A stretch of DNA of 64,000 nucleotides from NCBI GenBank assembly GCA_043228905.1, contig JBHGNT010000016.1:4340001-4404000 (forward strand). Direction: 5' to 3'. Source of the stretch: Azolla caroliniana (Eukaryota > Plantae > Polypodiophyta). The first letter of the stretch is position 1. The number at the start of each line of letters is the position of its first letter. Below, piece after piece: positions 12,136 to 23,539 of this stretch. The notes beneath the pieces are model-generated. The model was not told the origin of the DNA. It saw nothing but the letters and a program-made list of their open reading frames with translations, and did no database searches. The translations under genes were made by a program, and so were the position numbers.

Positions 12136-13367
12136 AGAGGGCTATCAAGGCGTGGGGCCGCGATAGTTCGGACAGCCCGGAAAAACCCCACAAATGTACA
12201 ATACGGAAGAAGACATGTACCATAGGTAGGAAATTTTGGTTCTCCGACAACGGAGGTTGTACTATGGCCGACGTCAACGATTGGGAAAGGAAGCGAGCGG
12301 AGGAGCGGCTCAGGGGATGCGGAGTCCTCTCCCCCGACGAAGAGATCAGCAGCGCCGTGGAGGCGTTCTCTTTTGATGACACCTTGGGCGAGTTGCGAAA
12401 GGTGATCGGTGAAGCCCTTAGAGAAGACCGGACCGTTCCGGTAGGTTCGATGGGAATGTATGAAGTCATCGCGGACTTTGGGGAAAGGATCGGGTTGGAT
12501 TAGACAGCCCGCGTGAGTACAAAGTACAAGACTGTGGACCGGAAGGTAAGGCCGGTCGCGGCACCCTTGCCGGAGGGCAGCGAGGAGCGGATAAAAGGGG
12601 TCGCGTCGGACTCAAGTTTACGGAATCCGACTGGCATAGGGCACCGGTTCATCGACATAACGCTACGGGAGCTCAAGGTCGGTGGGGGTGGCTTTCTACT
12701 CCTGGCGGAGGAGAACAGGTTTCGGTGAATGCTTGGAAGGCATGGGAAAGCCTTCGCATTCTCACCAGAGGAGATCGGGTGCGTGGACCCGACGACCGTC
12801 GAACCGATGGTGATCTTCACGGTACCACATGTACCGTGGAATCTCAAACCGATTCCAGTGCCGAGAGCTCACATCCCGAAGTTGATGGAGCTTCTGAAGC
12901 AAAAGGTGGAGGTGGGCATCCTCGAACCGTCGAGTGCCACGTATTCGAATCGGTGGTTGACAGTGCCGAAGTAGAACGGCATGCTGCACTTCATTCAAGA
13001 CCTGCAACCGGTCAGTAGGGTGACCATCTGTAATGCAGGAATCGGACCGACCATAGACGAGTTCGCGAAGGCCTTTGCTGGGAGGTCGATCTATTCGGTC
13101 GGTGACTTATACTCGGGGTACGACCAGTTCCAGCTGGCCGTGGAGAGCAGGGATATCACGACGATGCGAACCCCCCTTGGCCTAGTACGGATGTGTACCC
13201 TACCACAAGGCAGGACAAACTCGGTGGCGCTCATGGTGAACGCAATGAACAAAGTGCTGAGGGACTGCATCCCGGACCTCACCATGCCATTCTTGGACGA
13301 CATCCTGATAAAGGGGTGTCCGGTGGAAGATGCGGACGAGACTGTCGGCCCGGACGGATGCCAGAAG

Positions 13368-16300
13368 TGTTGGGATTTCGGTCCCTCCGGATGGGATGTC
13401 CGGAGATGAATGACGGCAAGCCCGGTTGCGGTTACGGAGCCGGATGATGAAGACCCCGGTTACGGAGCCGGATGATGAAGACCCCGGTTACGGAGCCGGA
13501 TGATGAAGACCCCGGCTACGGAGCCGGATGATGAAGACCCCGGTTACGGAGCCGGATGACGAATGTACCCGGAGAGAGATCCGGATGCGGAGACATATTT
13601 GTGAATATGTTTGCCAAGAGCCCTTGAGGCTATATTTGTAAATAGCCCGAAAGTCATATGTGTATAAATATGACTTAGGGCAAACAGTTAAGGCTGCTGT
13701 TGCTCATTTTTCTGTTTTCCACTAAGAGGGAGCGAAGTGAGAGCAGCCGAGAGAGAGTGAGAGAGAAGGAGGAAGGAAGAGGTCGACGCCTCTGTGTAAT
13801 ACCGCCGCCTGTGGCGAGGACAGCGAGCTCAAGGTCGTCGCCTTGCAGCTCGCCATTGTACATTCCCGCGTATAGTGATAGTTGGAGTCTTGCACTCCCG
13901 TGGTTTTTCCCATTTAGGGTTTTCCACGTAAAACATCCAGTGTGCCCTTCTCTCTATTGTTTTCGTGCATTGTTGCATTTCCCGTTCTCTGTGAATCGAT
14001 CCTATTCCTCGGTTGTGGCCGAGCACGGAATTCCGACAAAGTGGTATCAGAGCGACGGTAACACAGAAAATGGAAGGCGGCAGCAGCGGGCAGCCGGGGA
14101 TGATGGTGCTGAATGCGCAGAACTACGCCGACTGGAAGATAAAGATGGAGGATCTGCTCATTGTTCGGGACCTGTATGAACCAATCGACAGGTCGGAAAT
14201 ACCCAAGGGGGTACTTGAGACGGAGTGGAGGCTTCTGAACCGGAAAGCCGTTGCAACCATTCGGCAATACGTCGACGTGAGCGTTCTACAACACGTGGCG
14301 AACGACACCAACGCATATGAGATGTGGAGGAAGCTGTCGGGCCTCTACGAGAGGAAGAATGCGTTGAACCGGACCTCCCTAATGAGAAAGATAGTGAACC
14401 TCAAGTACCGGGACGGCGAGAGTATGGTGGAACACGTAAGCACGTTCATGGGATTCGTGAACCAGCTTGCGGCGATCAAGTTCCCGTTGGAGGATGCAAT
14501 GCAAGCCATCATCCTGATGTGTACATTGCCGGACAGCTGGGAGAACTTGGTGGTGACTCTCAGCACCTCCTGCACCGAAGATAACTTGTCCCTACAAACG
14601 GTAAAGACAAGTATTTTGAACGAAGAAGCGCGTCGGAGAGATAAAGAACCGGTCTCCGACTCGAAGGCGCTGCTTACCGAATCGGAACGGGGAAGACAAT
14701 GGAACCGGAGTCCGCAAAGACGGGAGAAGTCGGGGACCCGGTCGCAGTCAAGAGGAAGACCCACATGCTTCCACTGTGGGAAGCCGGGGCACTTCCGGAA
14801 GAATTGTCGGCATTACCGAAAAGACAACGGAGCCGACGACACCGATTCGAAGAAGTCACCGGAGAGAAACGGTGCATACCGGGGAGCCACGGACCGGAGA
14901 GGTCCGGATCGGCGAGGGCAGGACCGGAAAGGAACGACGGCACTCGCGGCAAGTGAAGAAGAGATAATGCTTATTACCGAAGAGAGGGAGCTGAACCTTG
15001 CCGGTGTAGAGATGACCTGGGTGGTCGATTCCGGAGCGTCGTTCCACCTGACCCCGGAGAAGAAATACTTCTCATCCTACACAGCCGGTGAGCACGGCTG
15101 TGTCCGGATGGGAAATGAAGGCACATGCCGGATTGCCGGCATAGGAGACGTGTGGCTGTTGACATCAACCGGATGCAAGATGCTGTTGAAGGATGTGCGA
15201 CACGTTCCGGAGGTCCGATTGAACCTGATCTTGGCCGGGAGGCTAGATGATGAAGGCTACACGGGTAGCATCCGGAACGGTGTCATGAAGTTCAGCAAGG
15301 GGAGCCTGATAGTGGCTCGGGCCCGGAAGGTCAACACCCTGTACCTGATGAATTCCCGGCTATGTTCGGAGGAGCTGAACGTGGCAGCCGACACTGCCGG
15401 TGAGCTGTGGCACAAGAGACTGTGCCACATGAGCGAGAAGGGGATGAAGAGGCTTGCAGAAGACAACCTCATTCCAGTGAAGCATGTGCATCTGGAGAAG
15501 TGCACCGATTGCCTGGCCGGTAAGCAGAACCGAACCTCCTTCCACTCAAGGCCACCGACAAGACGTAGCGCACCATTGGAGTTGGTGCACACGGATGTGT
15601 GTCAGGTAGAAACGAAGTCACATGGCGGAGCCCAGTACTTCGTGACTTTCATTGATGATCACAGCCGGAAGCTGTGGACGGCGCCGTTGAAGACAAAGGA
15701 CCAAGTGTTGTCCGTCTTCAAAGAACTCCACGCGAGAGTGGAAAGGGAATCCGGCAAGAAGCTGAAAGCGATACGAGCGGATAACGGAGGGGAATACCGG
15801 GGGCAGTTCCAGGAGTACTGTCGCTCGAAGGGAATCCGGCTCGAGTTTACTGTGCCGAAGACGCCGGAACTAAACGGGCTGGCCGAGAGGATGAACCGGA
15901 CCATAATGGAGAGGGTCCGGAGTATGCTGGCGCATGCGAAATTACCCAAGGGGTTTTGGGCTGAGGCAATGTCGACGGCGACATACGTGATAAACAGATC
16001 ACCCTCAGTACCTTTGGACGGAGACACGCCGCAGAAAGTGTGGACCGGTAAGGAAGTGTCCTACCGGCATCTGAAGGTGTTCGGGTGTCTCGCATACGTG
16101 CATGTGGCAAAGGACCGGAGAGGAAAGCTAGATCCAAAGACCCGGCTATGCATATTCCTCGGTTACGGCGACGACGAGTTCGGCTACCGAGTATGGGACC
16201 CGGTCGACAAGAAGATATTCAGGAGTCGAGACATCATCTTCATGGAGGACAAGACACTCGCCGACTGGGAGTCGGAGAAGAAGATGAAGAGCTCCAAGTC

Positions 16301-18852
16301 GACCGGTGAGGATCAACTCTACGAGGAGCAGTCCCGACCGGCAAGGGACCGGTTAACACTCGAGGATCCGGCCGAAGACTATGAAGAAACAGAACCGGCC
16401 GAAGAAGATGAAAATGATACCGGAACCGGCCCCGATCCCGAAATGGATTCGGATGAAGAAGAATCGGAAGAACCGGTTACCGAAGCTCCGGAACGGAGAT
16501 ATCCTCTAAGAGAGAGAAGGGCCCCCCGGAGATTTCCGGAACCAGAGAACGTGCTGCTAACCGACGAAGGGGAGCCGGAGAGCTTTGAAGAAGCAAAGCA
16601 TGACACCCAGAGCCGCAGGTGGTTGAGTGCCATGCAGGACGAGATGGATTCCCTGCATGAGAACCACACATATGAACTTGTGGAGTTGCCGAAAGGAAAG
16701 CGGGCACTTCGAAACAAGTGGGTGTTCAAGCTGAAACCGGGAGATGCCGGAAACCCCCCGAGATACAAAGCCAGGATCGTGGTGAAGGGGTTTCAGCAGA
16801 AGAAGGGCGTCGCCTTCGACGAGATATTCGCCCCGGTAGTGAAGATGACCTCCATCCGGACGGTGCTGAGCATAGCGGCAAGCATGGACCTCGAGGTAGA
16901 ACAGATGGACGTGAAGACGGCATTCCTTCACGGTGACCTCGAAGAAGAGATCTACATGCAGCAACGGGAAGGATTCGAGAAGAAAGGGAAGGAGCACCTG
17001 GTATGCCGGTTGAAGAAGAGCCTTTACGGACTGAAGCAGGCTCCCCGGCAATGGTACCGGAAGTTCGACTCCTTCATGACCGACGAAGGGTACCACAAAA
17101 CGCTGTCTGAGCACTGCGTGTTTGTGAAGAAGTTTGAAGGAGGAGACTCTCTAATACTCCTCCTGTACGTGGACGACATGTTGATCGTCGGACGGGACCA
17201 GGTCAAGATACGGACGCTGAAGAAAGCGCTTCACCGAACCTTCTCAATGAAGGACCTGGGTCCGGCGAGGCAAATACTAGGGATGCACATCATCCGGGAC
17301 CGGAAGAAGAAGCAGTTGTGGCTGTCACAAGAGAAGTACGTGACAAAGGTGCTTCACCGGTTCAACATGTCGGAAGCAAGACCGGTCGGGTCAACCCTCC
17401 CGGGAAACTGCAAGTTGTCCAGCAAGCAAAGCCCCAAGACAAAGGCTGAGAAGGAGGACATGATGAAAGTACCATATGCCTCTGCCGTCGGAAGCTTAAT
17501 GTACGCAATGGTGTGTACAAGACCGGACATAGGATATGCAGTTGGAGTGGTGAGCCGGTACATGAGCAATCCCGGCAAAGAGCACTGGAACGCGGTCAAG
17601 TGGATACTCCGATACCTGAAGGGCACGGCAAACGTGTGCCTCCGATTCGGCTCCGGTAAGCCCGAATTCGACGGCTTTACCGATTCGGATATGTCGGCTG
17701 ATGCAGATACCAGCCGGTCCACATCAGGGTATGTGATGACGTATGCAGGTGGAGCTGTTTCGTGGCAGTCGAGGCTGCAGAAGACGGTTGCGTTGTCAAC
17801 CACGGAGGCGGAGTACATGGCGGCTGTTGAAGCCGGCAAGGAAATAATATGGATGAAGGACTTCATTAGAGAGCTCGGTATCCAGCAGGAGGAGTACCGA
17901 CTCTACTGCGACAGTCAGAGTGCCATCCACCTTGCGAAGAACGCGGCTTATCACTCCCGGACGAAGCACATCCAGCGAAGATATCACTAGATCCGGGAAA
18001 GGATAGAAGACAAGGAGTTCGTGCTGACGAAGGTCCACACGGACGAGAACGGGTCGGATATGCTGACCAAGGTGCTCACACCCGACAAGCTGGAAGCATG
18101 CCGGAAGAGGATCAGACTGGAGAGACATCCCATGCCGAAGTGAAGGGGGAGTTTGTTGGGATTTCGGTCCCTCCGGATGGGATGTCCGGAGATGAATGAC
18201 GGCAAGCCCGGTTGCGGTTACGGAGCCGGATGATGAAGACCCCGGTTACGGAGCCGGATGATGAAGACCCCGGCTACGGAGCCGGATGATGAAGACCCCG
18301 GTTACGGAGCCGGATGATGAAGACCCCGGCTACGGAGCCGGATGATGAAGACCCCGGTTACGGAGCCGGATGACGAATGTACCCGGAGAGAGATCCGGAT
18401 GCGGAGACATATTTGTGAATATGTTTGCCAAGAGCCCTTGAGGCTATATTTGTAAATAGCCCGAAAGTCATATGTGTATAAATATGACTTAGGGCAAACA
18501 GTTAAGGCTGCTGTTGCTCATTTTTCTGTTTTCCACTAAGAGGGAGCGAAGTGAGAGCAGCCGAGAGAGAGTGAGAGAGAAGGAGGAAGGAAGAGGTCGA
18601 CGCCTCTGTGTAATACCGCCGCCTGTGGCGAGGACAGCGAGCTCAAGGTCGTCGCCTTGCAGCTCGCCATTGTACATTCCCGCGTATAGTGATAGTTGGA
18701 GTCTTGCACTCCCGTGGTTTTTCCCATTTAGGGTTTTCCACGTAAAACATCCAGTGTGCCCTTCTCTCTATTGTTTTCGTGCATTGTTGCATTTCCCATT
18801 CTTTGTGAATCGATCCTGTTCCTCGGTTGTGGCCGAGCACGGAATTCCGACA
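13368..18852 (+). mobile_element. Full-length Ty1/copia copy B
   Basis: LTRs 13368-14038 and 18154-18852; PBS TGGTATCAGAGC 14042-14053 (tRNA-iMet); PPT GAAGGGGGAG; perfect TSD AGAAG (13363-13367 / 18853-18857). Confidence 0.97.
14070..18143 (+). pseudogene. copia B gag-pol polyprotein, open to 17990, with one TGG->TAG stop late in RNase H
   Basis: CCHC, DSGAS, HHCC/DDE integrase, YVDD RT, RH; frame continues after YH* to about 18143. Confidence 0.93.
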
Positions 18853-20810
18853 AGAAGTTCGTCGTGAACCACATCAACGACTGCGAGAAGGTGTTGCAGA
18901 GGCTTGAGAGCGCACGTCTCACCTTCTCCGGAGAAAAATCGGCGTTCAGGCAGTCAGAGATCTTGGTGGTCGGACACCTGTGCGGGCCTTACGGTAGGAA
19001 ACTATCTCCGGCAAAGGTAGAAGCCATCTCCGCGATGAAGGACGATTGCGGGACGGTTACGGAGGTCCGCAGATTCTTTGGGGCGTTCTACCACATCTGG
19101 ATTCCACACTACGTGCATGTTGCGGAGCCACTCTATGGGCTATTGAAGAAAGGGCGTAGGTTCGAGTGGAGGACGGAGCACACGGAGTCGATCCGGAGAC
19201 TAAAGGAGGCGCTTACGGTAGCACCAGCTCTACGTGACGGTGGAATCGAGCCCAACCGGGATTGGGTGGGTGATCAATCAAGAGGATGACGTTGGCACGA
19301 GGTTCCCCATTCGGTTCGGCACGAAGGTCCTCAATGAGCGACAGCGAGGATACGCCGAGGTTAAATGCGAACTCTGGGGTATCATTTCGGCGGTGAAGGC
19401 CGATAAAGACTACCTGATCGGGACAGAGGTAATAATCGAGACGGACTGCCTGCCGATTCTCGGCATGGTTTCCAGATGCGCGACGCCGGACCTGGCAATG
19501 CTTAGGTGGATAGCGTACATCAAGTCCCTGAATCTGGTGATACGACACATTTCTGGAAAAGACAATGCCATGGCCGACATGCTCTCAAGGGCGAGGTTCG
19601 AAAACGAGGGCGGCATGGTTTCGGAGGACGAGGAAGTCGGCGTAGATTTCTTCAAGGTGGCATACGTGATGACCAGAAAGGGGAGCACTCCGGCGCTTAA
19701 CGAATTCGATGAGAACAAGTATGACGGGGAGTGGCTCCAGATCGGCGGGCTCTTGAAAACAATGACACCGGACGCAGCGTGGACAAAGGAAGAGACCAAC
19801 CGAATCCGGAAGAAAGCGTACCGATTCTTCCTTCGGGACGGGTACATATGGAAGCACCCGAAGAAGAGGGACGACATCCCGCTCCGAGTGGTGGCGAAGA
19901 AGGAGGAACAGGAGGAGTTGTTGGAGGCCTACCACGAGAGTCCCTGGGCCGAACACCGCAGAACGTGGGCCACGTTCGAGAAGCTAAAGGGAAAGTATTG
20001 GTGGCTGGGACTATACCGGGACGTGCATCGGTTCGTGAAGACTTGCAAAAGCTGTTAGATGCACTCCGTAGTCCGACACCGGGACGACCTTCACCCGACC
20101 TACCCTCCGACCATCCACTTCAAATGGATGGTGGATTTGGTGACGATGCCGATGGGGGTAGGACAGATGCGGTATTTGGTGTTGGCTCGGGAGGATCTGA
20201 CGAACCAGGTTGAAGGACGAGCGTTGCAGAACAAAATGACCGTGGCTGTGTGCCGGTTTCTGATCGAGGACGTGATATGTCGGTACGGGAGCGTAGGAAA
20301 GATCGTGGCTGACCGCAGAGAGTTGGACGCGCAAGAGGCTGAAGAGTTGTTTGACCGACTAGGGGTCAAACTCTCGCTCACCACAGCGTACAATCCAGAG
20401 GCTAACGGGAAGGTGGAGCGCGGACATGGGCCGATCGTCAAAGCGCTAGTACGGGCGTGTGAAGGCCAAGTCAGCAACTGGCCGCGACTGCTACCTTATG
20501 CCTTGTGAGCGGACCGAACTACGCACAGTTCGGTAACCGGGTTCATGCCGATAGAGCTTATGTACGGACAGACGTCGATCATGCCAACGGAGCGAACCAT
20601 CTCCTCATGGGCCACGGTGGACTGGAGAGATGAGATGAGCCGAGAGTAGCTGCTAGCGGCATGGATTCGACAACTCGAGCGAAGGCCGGAGGACGTGGAA
20701 CGAGCCGCGGAGAAGCTTCGGTTGGCAAGGTTGAAGAACAAAGGGTGGTTTGACCGAACTCACCGACTGCGATCGAAGAAAATCGAGGAAGGCGACTGGG
20801 TCCTAGTGTA

Positions 20811-23500
20811 AGACTGAATAAGCCTGAGCCGGTAAGTGAGAGGAATCGGTATGCCGGTGAGCAACCGAGCCGATAAGCAGTAAGGACCAGTGAGCTAGGG
20901 AGCTGGTATGCCGGATCCAATCCGTAACTGGTAGCCTAGTATAGGTTAAACTACTAGGTAGTTATAGTCTCGTAGTTAGTGTCAGATGCTCGTGTGAGCA
21001 TAGAAGTACACCGTACTTCTAACAGTCCCGTGTGGACTTGTATAAATAGCGCTGATGAGCGCGTTGTAGAGACCGAGCACAGAGTATTCATATAATTTTT
21101 GAAAATAGTGTGTCCTGCTCTCTCTCGCTCTCTCTCTCTCTGTGTACTGTTCTTTCTAACGCTTCCGCAAGCAATCTTTAACATGGTATCAGAGCGCGTG
21201 GGTTGAGAACCTCTGTTGCAGTCAATCTACGTTTGTGAAGGAAACCCTAACAGATTGGAAAATAGACACAAAAGGAGAAATGGTAAGAGGTATGGCTACG
21301 TCGCTCCCGGTGGAGAAGCTCGACAGAACCAACTACGCATCTTGGTCATACAAGATGCACTAGTACTTGCTTGGGCATGGCTACTGGAGTTATGTCGACG
21401 GAGTGAACGACTCAACACTGGAGACGACACACAAGGACTTCCCAGTGTGGGAACAGGCAGCAAGGGGTGATGTACTGCTTCGCATCCAGTGTCGGTGACC
21501 AGCTGCTCAGCCATATCCGTGACGCCAAGACACCGAAGGATGCTTGGGGGAACTTGAAAAAGGTTTTCGCCGCAAGCACCACTGCCCGGAAGCTGCAACT
21601 CAGACAGGAGTTGAGCAATGTTTGACAGAAGAACATGTCGGTGGTAGATTACACAGCCTAGATCAAAGGGATCTATGACTCGCTTGCCTCTATTAACGTC
21701 ACCGTAGAGGAAGATGAGATGGTGCAGGTCTGTCTTGGAGGCCTGGCGTCCAAGTTCGGAGCTTTCCGGACTGTGGTTTGTACAAGGGAAAATACGCCCT
21801 CATTTTTCGACTTACAGTCGATGCTCCTTGTAGAGGAGAACCACGCTAGTGCATCTAGCAGTGCATCCCCAGACAACCGGATGCTGTACACGGGAGCGGA
21901 TCGGTCCCCCGGGCGTGGTGGACGAGGCAGGTCGGCACGCAATGGAGGCGGCCGGCAAGAGCAGGAACGAAGTCACAGTGAGTGTGCCGACAACAATTCT
22001 GGGACTTCCACAAGTAGGGGGAGTCAAGGTGGTGCCGGAGGCCGGCAAGACAAATCCGCTACGGAATGCTGGTACTGTGGCAAAAAGGGCCACAGGGAAA
22101 GCGAGTGCTGGAAAAAGCGTGCCGATTCGGACAAATCCGGATCCGGCAAGACCAATAAGGAAGGACAACAAAGCTTGCACTACGCAAACGGATCGGGAGG
22201 ATCCAAGAACGGTAAGGGGCCAGCCTTGGTGATGAAGCACAAGGCAAACTCAATGAAGAAGACCACTTCCAAATCGGAGGAAGTGTGGTACGTTGACTCC
22301 GGCGCATCAAACCACATGACGAGCCATGAGGAGTGGTTCTCCTTTTTGGAGAAGCCGGATCAACCGGGAGTTGTCGAAACCGGAGACGACACTCCCCACC
22401 CGATCGTGCACGTCGAAGAAGTCCCTTTGAGCCACGTCGGATAGAGGGGGAAGCTGATGAATGTATTACATGTTCCGACGATCACGAAGAATCTGGTGTC
22501 GGTCGGATAGATCGTCGACTAGGGGATGCAGGTGCGGTTTACGCACCTCGGGTGCTTCATTAAGGATGAGGGCGAAGTTATTGCGCAAGGGCGCAAAGAT
22601 GGGAGGATGTTTATCCTCAACACCAATGACGTTGGCACCACACTGTTCGCCAAAGGACAGAATGTCGAGTCGGATATCGACCTGTGGCACAAGCGGATCG
22701 GCCACGTCAACTACTGGAGGCTTCAAGACCTGCAAACGGAACAAGTCGTTTTCGGTTTGCCGAAGTTTTGCGGCCGGAGAGCCCAGAATTGTGAAGCCTG
22801 CCAACTCGGGAAGCAACACCGGCTTCCATTCCCCACTGAAAGAAATCGAAGCCGTAACAAGCTCGATCTTATCCATTCGGATGTGTGGGGACCGGCACAA
22901 ACTGTTAGCATTGGCGGGAGTCGATATTTCGTCTCCTTCATCGACGACTACACGTGGCATACGTGGATCTACTGTTGGGAAACAGGTCCCTCCGGATGGG
23001 AAGGGAGAAGCACAATGCCGATGAACAAACTCGGATGAGGCTGATAGGCCGAGGCTGAGACCGGATGAGGAGTACCCGGCTACGGAGAGCTGGATGGTGC
23101 AGGCCCGGTATGAACCGGATGAGGAGTACTTGGCTACGGAGGGTCGGATGGTGCAGGCTCGGTATGAACCGGATGAGGAGTACTCGGCTATGGAGAGCCG
23201 GATGGTGCAGGCCCGGTATGAACCGGATGAGGAGTACCCGGCTACGGAGAGCCGGATGATACAGACCCGGTGAAGACCGGATGAGGAATACCCGGCTACG
23301 GAGAGCCGGATGGTACAGACCCGGTGAGAACCGGATGAAGAGACATATTTGTAAATATGTTTCTGAGAGCCCATCGAGGCTACATTTGTAAATAGCTGAA
23401 AAGTCATATTAGTATAAATATGACTTAGGGCAAACTTTTAGTGTGTGGAGTTGTCATTTTTCCTTGTTGGTGCAAGAAGAAGATAGAGCACGTAATAGTG

Positions 23501-23539
<39 letters not shown>

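Larger units (their letters stand above)
12132..20810 (+). pseudogene. Family X pol (RT 12132-13367; RT end, RH and INT 18858-20810), split by copia B
   Basis: LPQG and FLDD RT motifs; RH ETDCLP...NAMADMLSR; integrase TTAYNPEANGKVER. Confidence 0.85.

Noticed and set aside
1-17442. A/B inverted pair as an amplification fold-back chimera
   Set aside because: Copies differ in substitutions, stops, repeat number and flanks; homology ends exactly at LTR termini and B has its own TSD
22466-23407. 313-aa repetitive ORF
   Set aside because: Chimeric antisense frame across copia integrase and a 54-bp (multiple of 3) LTR array
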